Source of the DNA: a virus
Strand: one strand, 5' to 3'
Length of the DNA stretch: 64,000 nt
Virus record (IMG/VR): IMGVR_UViG_3300025137_005088
Span: 3,066-67,065 of that record
Shown here: positions 9,034-18,134 of the stretch, in pieces
How positions within the stretch are numbered: the first letter of the stretch is position 1
Layout: each line of letters opens with the position of its first letter
Translations under genes and position numbers: made by a program
Notes under the pieces: generated by a model
Told to the model about the DNA's origin: nothing
The model's database searches: none
The model's input: the letters and a program-made list of their open reading frames with translations, nothing else

Positions 9034-11326
9034 TAACAGTATTCATACTGTGTGCTTTTGCTGTAATAGGACCTAGTGTAGCATCAATACCAAAATCACT
9101 GTCACTCACTGACTGGTTAATAATTAAACTTATTATATGTTCATAACTGTCCATAAACTCTGTATCGCCCGGTTGTATATCGATTGGTTTGCCTTTTGTA
9201 ATCCAATCATTTACTATTTGTTCCAGTGTTGTGTCCTCTGTTACTTGACCAATAATATATCTATCATTATTGTCCCTATCCAAGAACCCTGCTTCTCTGC
9301 AAAGATAAACTAACCCATAAGCATCTACTACAAGATCCACTTGCGGAAAGCCTTTGGGTAACATATTGTGTTCAGTAATGCAATGCATAGTGGGTGCATC
9401 TATACCTTTACTGAGTGCGTTTAGTGCATAACCATAATCAATATGCAGGCGGTTTAAGTTCTCGCTTTTGCGTCTTTGTTCTACTTGTTCAAATATACGC
9501 TTCAGCTTTGTTCTATCTCCGAATGTACTAGCATCAGTTGGCTCTCTAAAGTTTTCTCTCAGTGTAATAAAGTCAAGTTGGTTACCACTTGCTACATTAA
9601 TTTCTTCAATTAAATCTAATACTTCCAACAGGTCTTCCTCTAGTCCTGGAAGTATAACATAATTAAATCCGAATCGCAACTGTTTATTATTGAGCTTTTT
9701 ATATTTTAAAAAGTCAATGGCATTTTGTTTTACTCTAGTAAAGCCTTGTTTGTGTTTGGTTACTTGTGTGTACACATCCTGATTACTTCCGTATAAACTT
9801 ATACGCAATACTTCTAATTTAAACAAGTCTTGGTTAGCTTCAACAAACCGTTCAGTGAGCATAAATCCGTTTGTATACAAACTAAACTTAAATCCTCTTG
9901 CATGTCCAGCACTAATTAATTTCATTAAGTCAGGATTGGTAAGTGTTTCTAATCCTCCACTTAAATAAAATCTATACGGATCGTCTTGTGGACTGGTATT
10001 AATTAAATTTAATAAATGTGGAGTAGCTTCACGCAACTTGGACTTTTTGTAAGAGGCATTTGTATCCATGTTACGACCACAAAACGTACACCAAAACATA
10101 CAGCTTTGTCCAATATGCAATCCTATTCTATGTGGATATCCGTATTCATTTTTTAATACTTTTTGTATTGTACCACTTTGCATCAAGGGTATAATTGTAT
10201 TTTTCCAATATTGACTGTTGCGTATGTCTTCAATAATACACTGTTGTACAAAATCACTACTGCGTAATATTGAATTTATATCTAATAATTTGTGTTGACT
10301 TACCAGTAATTTTTGTTGTATAGTTTGTTGTGTAACAAACGGAGTAGCACTGTAACAATCAATTACTTGTAAACAATGTTCTAACATTTGATATAGCTGT
10401 GGATCATATCTACTGTGTGCATAGCCTGCTGTTATGATACTCTGTGCTAGGTATAATCCAAGTATTTGTACACGATCAAAGTCTGGACTGTGTCTTATAA
10501 TATCTAAATGCTGTTCATACAGTTGTTGTACACTGGTACAAATAGTTTCAGTTATCCAACGAGTGTTGTCTGCGGTGTTGTACAATACAACACCATTTAC
10601 AAATGCGTCCAGTTGTCTATCTAAACTTTTGCCATCATCTTGAGCAAATTCATATATTTTATTATCTATCGTGATTATTCTTTTGTTAGCACTGTCACGT
10701 TCAAAGTCCACACTAACTATAGTTCCTGCAAAGTCCAATAACCAAAATACACCCCGTGGTGTTTGTGTTGTTTGCAATACTTGACAACTGTCTTTTTTAA
10801 TTATTTTTCTTAATATTGTTAATACATGTGGACCTATATCTTCTAGTACACTAATAGTAGGATCACTCACATACAGTTTACCATGTCTTTCAGTATTGTT
10901 TTCACTGTTCCATACGATATTAATTGTTTTAGGTTGTTGATCAGTTTTATCTGCAATTTCTTGTATACGATTGCTGTACTCTAATTCTAAACCAACTACC
11001 AGTTTACAATCGTTTTGTTTTGCAAGTTCTACCAAATGGTCATGCTGTTCAAGTGAGCGAACAAACGGTTTTTCTACAAGTATGTGTCTATGATCAGATA
11101 AAAGTTCTACTGCACTGGCATAATGATCGTCTGGACTATTAGCAATCCAAATATGATCACTGTCTAAACTAAGCAAGTTATCCACACTGCCAATTTGATT
11201 ATTATGAGTATAAAACTGTGTAGTATACTCATTTTTATTTGCAACACGATCTATTATTTGAGCCCAGCGACCGCCGCCTACTATTCCGAGGGTACGCACA
11301 CTTCTACTCCGTACTGCTTGGTCCAA
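8987..11326 (-). CDS. fusion of Gfo/Idh/MocA oxidoreductase and DesII-like radical SAM (NDP-4-amino-4,6-dideoxyglucose ammonia-lyase); probable GTG start 11299
   Basis: N-terminal GIVGGGRWA, HILVEKP, DIGPH; C-terminal CMFWCTFCGR, SGGLETLTNP, YTNGF, LDFITLRE, DYGYAL, VYLCREAGF, which match DesII-family motifs. Confidence 0.85.
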   Translation of the reverse strand: MDQAVRSRSVRTLGIVGGGRWAQIIDRVANKNEYTTQFYTHNNQIGSVDNLLSLDSDHIWIANSPDDHYASAVELLSDHRHILVEKPFVRSLEQHDHLVELAKQNDCKLVVGLELEYSNRIQEIADKTDQQPKTINIVWNSENNTERHGKLYVSDPTISVLEDIGPHVLTILRKIIKKDSCQVLQTTQTPRGVFWLLDFAGTIVSVDFERDSANKRIITIDNKIYEFAQDDGKSLDRQLDAFVNGVVLYNTADNTRWITETICTSVQQLYEQHLDIIRHSPDFDRVQILGLYLAQSIITAGYAHSRYDPQLYQMLEHCLQVIDCYSATPFVTQQTIQQKLLVSQHKLLDINSILRSSDFVQQCIIEDIRNSQYWKNTIIPLMQSGTIQKVLKNEYGYPHRIGLHIGQSCMFWCTFCGRNMDTNASYKKSKLREATPHLLNLINTSPQDDPYRFYLSGGLETLTNPDLMKLISAGHARGFKFSLYTNGFMLTERFVEANQDLFKLEVLRISLYGSNQDVYTQVTKHKQGFTRVKQNAIDFLKYKKLNNKQLRFGFNYVILPGLEEDLLEVLDLIEEINVASGNQLDFITLRENFREPTDASTFGDRTKLKRIFEQVEQRRKSENLNRLHIDYGYALNALSKGIDAPTMHCITEHNMLPKGFPQVDLVVDAYGLVYLCREAGFLDRDNNDRYIIGQVTEDTTLEQIVNDWITKGKPIDIQPGDTEFMDSYEHIISLIINQSVSDSDFGIDATLGPITAKAHSMNTVSVQAFYQGDSSARIN

Positions 11327-12768
11327 CGATCAGCATCTTCTCTTGTGTTAACTAAAGGTTCTCCCTTTATGTTTAAACTTGTATTCAATAGCATAGGGCA
11401 ACCTGTGTCAGCATACCAACGCTCTAGCAGTGTTCTTAGTCCAGGTGAACTTTGTTTAGTTACAGTTTGTACTCTACTTGTATTATCATAATGTATAACG
11501 GCAGGAAATAGGTCAGGATATTTGCATACACTCACGTACTGCATAAAGTCTCCAGTCATTCCTTCAAAGTATTCACTTGCATGTTCTGCAAGGATTGCTG
11601 GTGCAAAGGGTCTGAAACTTTCTCTGTGTTTAATTTTGTTGACCAAGTCCTTAACTCCAGGTCCACGGGGATCAGCAAGAATACTACGGTTGCCAAGAGC
11701 CCTAGGACCAAACTCAGCACGACCTGAGGCCACGGCAGTGATCTTGTTGGAGTGTAACTTTTTGAGTATGCTCTCAGTTGGATATGTGCCTTCAATGTTG
11801 TGTCCTAAGTATACATGCGGCATCTCTAAGAATTGTTTTGTTTGTGCTAGTACACAACCTATTGCATTGCCAGCATCGCCTGGATTAGCTGGTACATGCA
11901 CATTGGTAAAAAACTCTCCTGCCAGTGGATTAGCAACACAATTTAATGCACAACCGCCTGCTATTATTATGTTACTATACTTAGCATCTGTCATAACGTA
12001 TGCACTGCGACATAGCTCTGTGAATATTTCTTCGTATATACGCTGAACTGCGGCGGCAATGTCAGCATAGTCTTGTGGTGTGTTTAGGTCAGGTCTCCAA
12101 TCCAAACAACCTCTGTGGCAGTTGCGTTTGAATATAGTAAATGGATGATAACTTGTTGGTATTTTTTCAATAAAGTCACGTTTGATATCTGCATACAGTC
12201 TGTCTTTGTCGCCTATAGCTGACATACCCATGAGTATGTATTCATGTTCTTGTGGCTTTAGTCCTATACGCTGTGTCATAGCACTGTACCATATACCTAT
12301 ACTGTCTGGATAACTTTGACTCCATAGTTTTTTAAGTTTACCTTTTTCACCTGTCCATATGCTAACAGTATCCCATTCGCCAATTGAATCAACTACTAAT
12401 ATTACTGCACGATCATAAGGACCTGTGTAATATGCATAGGCTGAGTGGCTCAAATGATGACTAGTTGTAGTGCAACTAGGTGCCTTATTGTGGAATTTGC
12501 GTATATATGTAGTAGGTGATTCCTTACCCAGTAGTGCGTATTGCTTTGCGTACAACTGACGAGTCTTTTTAAGCCACGGACGCTCATAATAGCATATTCT
12601 GTCTGGTTTACCGTACTGTAATGCTTCATCGATTATGGATTGATTAAGATGTTTATCATTCTTAACTCTACTGTAACGTTCTGCATGGCCCGCAAACTCT
12701 AGTCCAGTGTCTGTAAACACTGCTAAACTAGCATCATGTGCCATGCCTGTCCAACCCCAAGTAATCAA
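11281..12768 (-). CDS. O-carbamoyltransferase (CmcH/NodU/TobZ family)
   Basis: HDASLA, ERYSRVKND, HHLSHSA, GGCALNC, EFGPRALGNRS, RESFRPFAP, LLNTSLN. Confidence 0.95.
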   Translation of the reverse strand: MITWGWTGMAHDASLAVFTDTGLEFAGHAERYSRVKNDKHLNQSIIDEALQYGKPDRICYYERPWLKKTRQLYAKQYALLGKESPTTYIRKFHNKAPSCTTTSHHLSHSAYAYYTGPYDRAVILVVDSIGEWDTVSIWTGEKGKLKKLWSQSYPDSIGIWYSAMTQRIGLKPQEHEYILMGMSAIGDKDRLYADIKRDFIEKIPTSYHPFTIFKRNCHRGCLDWRPDLNTPQDYADIAAAVQRIYEEIFTELCRSAYVMTDAKYSNIIIAGGCALNCVANPLAGEFFTNVHVPANPGDAGNAIGCVLAQTKQFLEMPHVYLGHNIEGTYPTESILKKLHSNKITAVASGRAEFGPRALGNRSILADPRGPGVKDLVNKIKHRESFRPFAPAILAEHASEYFEGMTGDFMQYVSVCKYPDLFPAVIHYDNTSRVQTVTKQSSPGLRTLLERWYADTGCPMLLNTSLNIKGEPLVNTREDADRWTKQYGVEVCVPSE

Positions 12769-13293
12769 TTAACCGCCTCCTTGAAACATTAAAGGTGCAT
12801 CTCGTGGACAGCTACTCACCAGTAAAGAGAACAACGGATCAGGTGCTTGTTGCGGATCTATATTTTCTAATTTTACAAACTTTTCTTGTATCATGAACGC
12901 ATCTTTTTCTAACTGTTGTCTACATGTAACTTCTTCATATGTACCATCATGGTATTGTAGGAAATGTACTAGTTCATGTACTAGCACTACTTCAAAAAAT
13001 CTATCCTCAACCATATATTGTGTTGGCGAGTTCCGAATGTGTACAGTATTAGTATCATCGTTATAATAACCTGCTACATCACACTCCGGTCTTGGTTCTG
13101 CATATACACCTGCACATATTTCTTTTTGTGTATTGATTATAATGTCAGGATAGGCCCAGCCTCCATATACATAATCAGTATGCTCTTCAATAAAACCTAT
13201 CATATCTGGAACAAGTGCTTGTAGATAATTTACTCGTGCATCTGCTAGCGCCATTGTAGGAAATAACAAAGTAAACAAAAATACTCTAATCAT
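12769..13293 (-). CDS. exported HExxH zincin-like protein
   Basis: N-terminal signal-like MIRVFLFTLLFPTMALA; VAGYY; LVHELVHFLQ; downstream Glu (LEKDA). Confidence 0.65.
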   Translation of the reverse strand: MIRVFLFTLLFPTMALADARVNYLQALVPDMIGFIEEHTDYVYGGWAYPDIIINTQKEICAGVYAEPRPECDVAGYYNDDTNTVHIRNSPTQYMVEDRFFEVVLVHELVHFLQYHDGTYEEVTCRQQLEKDAFMIQEKFVKLENIDPQQAPDPLFSLLVSSCPRDAPLMFQGGG

Positions 13294-13308
13294 AATCCAA
13301 TACCCGCA

Positions 13309-13698
13309 TTATAGTTTACCTTCTTCTCTCATTTTAGCACGAATCTTTGTCGCACTAATGTCGTGTACTGCTTTGCCTAAGTCATGTTCCGTAAATGAAT
13401 ATCCTACACCTCTACCATAACTAATATCAACAATATTAGGTACTAACATAATTTCAAAGTCGTCTCCTATAACATATCCTTTGACATATAAATGTCCTGC
13501 TATATCATTAGTTACTTGATCAAAGTCAAAAGGGTTATCTAAATTACCCATTCCGGCATCAGCACCTTGTACATCTCTGACCATAATCATTACTTGTCCT
13601 GTAATTTCAAGTGCCTTTTCAAAAAGTTTTGAATGCCCTTCGTGCCACGGTTGCCATCTGCCTAACATTTGTACTGTTGGTTTTTTATAATCAAACAT
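13309..13698 (-). CDS. HxGH nucleotidyltransferase (cytidylyltransferase/ATP-sulfurylase-like fold)
   Basis: GRWQPWHEGH, NPF, ISATKIR. Confidence 0.85.
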   Translation of the reverse strand: MFDYKKPTVQMLGRWQPWHEGHSKLFEKALEITGQVMIMVRDVQGADAGMGNLDNPFDFDQVTNDIAGHLYVKGYVIGDDFEIMLVPNIVDISYGRGVGYSFTEHDLGKAVHDISATKIRAKMREEGKL

Positions 13699-14116
13699 TG
13701 TTATTATCCCTGAAACGTTTTAATACTGGTTCTAATTGTTGTGCTGTATCACTAAACCATTCGCTAACATGATAGTCACATTCAGGTGGGTTTTGAAATA
13801 TTTTATTAGTATCCTCAAAACGTCCTTCTTTTATAGTATCCATCCAAACTGTGTAGTCTGGTGCAAATTCTATACGGGCTTGTTCGGTGGGGCACACAAA
13901 GTCAGCAACTGCAATTTTGCCAGCCATCTCTACTCCATCAGCCAAGTGTCGCATACGTTGTGCTTGTCTAATTCTTCCTTCGGGTGTAAAGTCCCAATCG
14001 TCATATTTTTTTCTAACTGTATCGGCGTTTATGTGTACTCCTTCAATTAGTTCTGCAAATGGTTTTGCTAGTGTAGTTTTTCCACTACCCGGCAGACCAA
14101 ATATTAATATTTTCAT
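13691..14116 (-). CDS. adenylyl-sulfate kinase-like P-loop kinase
   Basis: GLPGSGKTTLA, NADTVR, DFTPEGR, DFVCP. Confidence 0.8.
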   Translation of the reverse strand: MKILIFGLPGSGKTTLAKPFAELIEGVHINADTVRKKYDDWDFTPEGRIRQAQRMRHLADGVEMAGKIAVADFVCPTEQARIEFAPDYTVWMDTIKEGRFEDTNKIFQNPPECDYHVSEWFSDTAQQLEPVLKRFRDNNNV

Positions 14117-14627
14117 CTAGTGTATCCTTTATTAATTTATACGGTATTCCAACACTCTCTAATAATCGTATTAGTCTTATCTCACTACCTTTCATTATTG
14201 TGTCCATTGAGTTATTATCTACAAATCTTTCTAAGTAATCTATCTGTTCATTTGTTAAATTCATATCCCATCTTTTTTGTATAGTATCGCCTGTTTTATC
14301 TTTAAACACACCACTGGCCCACAACAAATCATTCTCTACTCCATAGTTGCAGTAGTAGAATTCAAAATTCTCTTGCTCAAGACGCCACAAATGTTCTTTC
14401 CAGTCAAACTTGTAAAAACAAATGTCATTGGCATTTAGACCTTGGACAACAATGTGTTTATACTTGTTTATTATATTGTCTTTATGCAACTGTGTCAAGA
14501 TATCATAATAGTTGATATAGTTTCCGTAATCCAAAGTATATACAGTATATTCATGTTCTTTGGGCAACGTGCTTAGCCATGTTGATCCCGGTTTGCTTTC
14601 ACCGTTGCCAATTACTAACACTTTCAT
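14085..14627 (-). CDS. hypothetical protein, possibly degenerate SGNH-like
   Basis: N-terminal VLVIGNGES and HIVVQ spacing echo the two neighbouring SGNH-like ORFs; no C-terminal catalytic His seen. Confidence 0.5.
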   Translation of the reverse strand: MKVLVIGNGESKPGSTWLSTLPKEHEYTVYTLDYGNYINYYDILTQLHKDNIINKYKHIVVQGLNANDICFYKFDWKEHLWRLEQENFEFYYCNYGVENDLLWASGVFKDKTGDTIQKRWDMNLTNEQIDYLERFVDNNSMDTIMKGSEIRLIRLLESVGIPYKLIKDTLDENINIWSAG

Positions 14628-15469
14628 CTTAGTTTTTCCAATGCTTTGCGTACAGCCTTTCCAACTTTTTTATTACCTGCCTTATTAAAATGTCCGATAA
14701 AAGTATCACTACCGTCTCTGCTTATTTTAGGATCTATAGGAGCAAATATATGATATTTTTTATTAAGGAACAGGTCCATACTACCTTTGCCTACTCCCCA
14801 AGGATAAGGAACATCTAAACGTGTTCCATGTTCAAATTGAGGCGTAACTTGTTCAACTTCATTTACCCATCTAAGGTAATACAATGGTGTCTGAGTTTCT
14901 CTGCATCTTTCGTCTATAAGTGTAGCACAACTTTGTACCACATGCTTGTTAGTCATACCTTGGAACATGTGTTTTCGCCACTCAGTTTCATTATTCATGT
15001 TGCCGCCGAAATCGCCTTTGCCGTTAGCACTGATAAAATTAAAATATTTGGCAGTACCTTTACCCTGATACATATCAATATTTTCTGCTCGCACGTCATA
15101 CTCATGCCAAAATCTGTCACCTATATGTCCTGGTTCATTCCATGTGCATCTAGGTTCATATGTTAATTGTAATAATACATAGTCAAAGTCTTTAAGACGA
15201 TTTTTATTGTAGTAGTGTTCAAGCACTGTAGCATGTTGTACTATGCCTCCGCCACTAACTGTGTAAAGTGTATGATAGTTTTTTGGATCTAAACTTTCAA
15301 CCCAGCCGCCGTTTACATCAAGTGTTTCTCTACCTAATCCGTTGTCTACTTTCTTTGTAGTGCCGTCGGATTGTAGCACATCACTGTACATAATATAGGT
15401 TGGATCGTATGTGTAGCTTCCTGCACTAAAGCTACAACCAAATACCAATACATTTTCATTGTAGTCCAT
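14624..15469 (-). CDS. SGNH/GDSL-fold protein
   Basis: VFGCSFSAG, SGGG, VLLQLTYEPR, GHFNKAGN. Confidence 0.65.
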   Translation of the reverse strand: MDYNENVLVFGCSFSAGSYTYDPTYIMYSDVLQSDGTTKKVDNGLGRETLDVNGGWVESLDPKNYHTLYTVSGGGIVQHATVLEHYYNKNRLKDFDYVLLQLTYEPRCTWNEPGHIGDRFWHEYDVRAENIDMYQGKGTAKYFNFISANGKGDFGGNMNNETEWRKHMFQGMTNKHVVQSCATLIDERCRETQTPLYYLRWVNEVEQVTPQFEHGTRLDVPYPWGVGKGSMDLFLNKKYHIFAPIDPKISRDGSDTFIGHFNKAGNKKVGKAVRKALEKLR

Positions 15470-16115
15470 CGCCTAAACCTTTTTTGATCATCTGTCCTAA
15501 AACAGTGTTTCCTTTTCTTGTAAAGTGTAAATCTGGATTATGTAAATCCTTTTTGTTCCATAGTTGTTCAATTGCGGGCTTTACATCTAAGTACTCAATA
15601 TATTTATATGGGTACTTAACTCCAGTAAAGCTGTAGCTGTATGTGGGCAATCCTGTTTGTTGTGCTAGATGATCCAAGTGACTTGCACATGCTTTAGTTA
15701 GTATATCCCAACTGTTTTCCATTTGCCAAAACCAATCACTCATTCCTTGTTGCCATTTGAAATTATATTGGTTAGCAATTTTGTTTTGCACTTTAGGTAA
15801 TCCTCCTAGTCTATTATGAAATGCATTATCTATTTTCCATGCAAAAACATTGAGTCTAGATGTATAATACTCAAGTTGTTTCTGTATTACAATTCTAGGT
15901 TCCCATGTCTCTTGTATAATTATAGCACTATATTTTTTTATGTCAATTGATTCTAAACATGCACAGTAGCTCATAATGCCACCTCCAGGATGTGCATAAA
16001 CTTGATATGGTTGATCAAGTTCATCATACCAGCAATAGTCTGTGTGTAGTGTTTCTGTTGTGTTGTCGTAGCTGTACCAGCCCATACTAAAACTACAACC
16101 TAATATTAATATCAT
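15456..16115 (-). CDS. SGNH/GDSL-fold protein
   Basis: ILGCSFSMG, PGGG, IIIQETWEPR, DLHFTRKGN; paralogue of 14624..15469. Confidence 0.68.
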   Translation of the reverse strand: MILILGCSFSMGWYSYDNTTETLHTDYCWYDELDQPYQVYAHPGGGIMSYCACLESIDIKKYSAIIIQETWEPRIVIQKQLEYYTSRLNVFAWKIDNAFHNRLGGLPKVQNKIANQYNFKWQQGMSDWFWQMENSWDILTKACASHLDHLAQQTGLPTYSYSFTGVKYPYKYIEYLDVKPAIEQLWNKKDLHNPDLHFTRKGNTVLGQMIKKGLGDGLQ

Positions 16116-17386
16116 GCGTTAGCCTGTTCAACCAGTGTTTTCATATTTCCAAAGTTTACACTTTGATGGTGTGCATTTGCTACTCTAGGATCACGTAGCA
16201 CTTGTAAAAAGTTTTCGTATTCAGGATGATCGGGTTTCCAACAAGCTCTAACTTCAAAGTCAATCATGTGTCCCCAATCAACTATAAGTGTAAATGTTGC
16301 TCTACTATACTTTCCAGGTCCTGACCAACGATCTGTTACCATTTGTATAAAGTCTGGTATCTCTTTATAGTTACATGTTTGTACAACAAAGTTATGACTC
16401 ATTGCTCCGCTGAGTAGATTACTTGTATTGTAACTATTTTTAGTTTTTGTGAAACTAGGTATTTGACTGTAAACATAATCTACATTACTGACTAGTTGAT
16501 CCCAGTGACCTCCTAGTCTTGTTTCTTTTTCATATGTTTCTTTTTTACCAGCATCGAAACTAAAAACAATTTGTTTAATTTGTTTATGAACTTTGCTTAT
16601 ACTATCCCATACCTTTGGAGTAAGCATTACACCGTTTGTTTGAAAATTAAGCCATGTGTTTGGTCTGTCAGTAAGATCCATTTCTTGTAGACGTTCTCTA
16701 AATATCTTACTACCAAAAGGATCACCTCCGCCTGTTATCCATATATCAAATTGATAATCTTTAGGCGCCTTCATTATTTCATCAAATAACTTATCTGTTA
16801 GTGATTTTCTTTGATCATATTTTTCACCCTTAGAATGAATAATTTTACTATTTCTACAGCTAGGACAATATAAGTTACAACTTTCATCTGTACCAACTTG
16901 TATATCGTGTGGCAAGTAATTGGCTTGTGTGCTACGGTTTTTCAATGACTCAACAATAATTGGATCTACATTATATTTTTGAGGATTGTCTATTACATTA
17001 GTTATTAGTGGCAATGCTGTTTCTGCATACTGAATTTTAGGACAAGTGTTGTGTTTGCAATGGGGCCAGTTTGCTCCGTCATACAACTGATTACGAATTT
17101 CTTGTGCTTTAGGTCCATTCCATATCTCTTCCATTGTGCTTACATTTAGATCGCCTATGACTACTGGTAGCCAAAAAGGACAACACATGAAAACTGCACC
17201 CATATTATTAATTTCTGCTCTATTAAAAAAATAACTGCAATATCTTCCGTTAAGATCTTTTTTAGTACCCGCAATAAGACTATCGTCTTGATAGAAACTT
17301 TTAGGTTTCCATCCTTTAGGTTGACCCTTAGGAACAATATCAGGTGTTGAAGACTGCACTGCATCTGCTACAGAGATCGATGTCAC
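16112..17386 (-). CDS. N-terminal twitch-domain radical SAM protein
   Basis: YCSYFF...FMCC...HCKHNTC, then SCNLYCPSC, TGGGDPF, QTNG. Confidence 0.9.
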   Translation of the reverse strand: MTSISVADAVQSSTPDIVPKGQPKGWKPKSFYQDDSLIAGTKKDLNGRYCSYFFNRAEINNMGAVFMCCPFWLPVVIGDLNVSTMEEIWNGPKAQEIRNQLYDGANWPHCKHNTCPKIQYAETALPLITNVIDNPQKYNVDPIIVESLKNRSTQANYLPHDIQVGTDESCNLYCPSCRNSKIIHSKGEKYDQRKSLTDKLFDEIMKAPKDYQFDIWITGGGDPFGSKIFRERLQEMDLTDRPNTWLNFQTNGVMLTPKVWDSISKVHKQIKQIVFSFDAGKKETYEKETRLGGHWDQLVSNVDYVYSQIPSFTKTKNSYNTSNLLSGAMSHNFVVQTCNYKEIPDFIQMVTDRWSGPGKYSRATFTLIVDWGHMIDFEVRACWKPDHPEYENFLQVLRDPRVANAHHQSVNFGNMKTLVEQANA

Positions 17387-18134
17387 AGCGTTTTCCTTTT
17401 GCTAATAATAATTTGTATTTGTTATATTGGCTATTATTCCATACGTCTACAGGACTTGTATTCATATCAACTTTGCCCACAGGATTACGTTTACCAAAGT
17501 CCCACGGACACAAATACATTGTACCGTCAATATATACAAATGCTTCATTTTCTACTTTTTTGCAGGGTAAGTTTAAACTTTCAGTTTGGTCTTCCCATGG
17601 ATGCGAGTACAGTTCAGTAATTTTAGCACATCCTGGTCTTACATTATTCCAATAATCTAAAAACATTTCCTGTTCCGCTTTAGTATCTGGCAAGTTAATC
17701 ATTCTCACCTCACAATCTATCTCAGGGTGATTGTCTACAAATCTTGTAACATTTTCATATACTCTGTCAAAACTTATACCTCTAGTTTCGTCAAAAGTTT
17801 TTTTACTAAAACCATCAACACTAAAACGTATTATATCAACAAACGGAGCAATCTTTCGTTCTGTTTTTATAGTCATAGGTTCGCCGTTACTATTAAGTTC
17901 AACTATAGCAGTAGGATCTTCTTTAATATATCTAGCTATATCAGGCAAACGTGTATCTACTAGAGGTTCGCCTAGTCCAAATGGTCTGTAGACAATACCC
18001 ATATTTCTAGTATCATCTATTATTTTATAGATCAGATCTATATCCATATGCTCTTTAGGGACTAAGTGATTAGGACAAAACCAACAAGTTGCATTACAAA
18101 ATGTTGTTGTTTCTAGTTGTAGGTATTTAAACAT
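17340..18134 (-). CDS. radical SAM protein with C-terminal twitch domain (BtrN-like architecture)
   Basis: CNATCWFC, GLGEP, NSNG, FSVDG; C-terminal PC...YLCPWD...LCSRC. Confidence 0.9.
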   Translation of the reverse strand: MFKYLQLETTTFCNATCWFCPNHLVPKEHMDIDLIYKIIDDTRNMGIVYRPFGLGEPLVDTRLPDIARYIKEDPTAIVELNSNGEPMTIKTERKIAPFVDIIRFSVDGFSKKTFDETRGISFDRVYENVTRFVDNHPEIDCEVRMINLPDTKAEQEMFLDYWNNVRPGCAKITELYSHPWEDQTESLNLPCKKVENEAFVYIDGTMYLCPWDFGKRNPVGKVDMNTSPVDVWNNSQYNKYKLLLAKGKRCDIDLCSRCSAVFNT

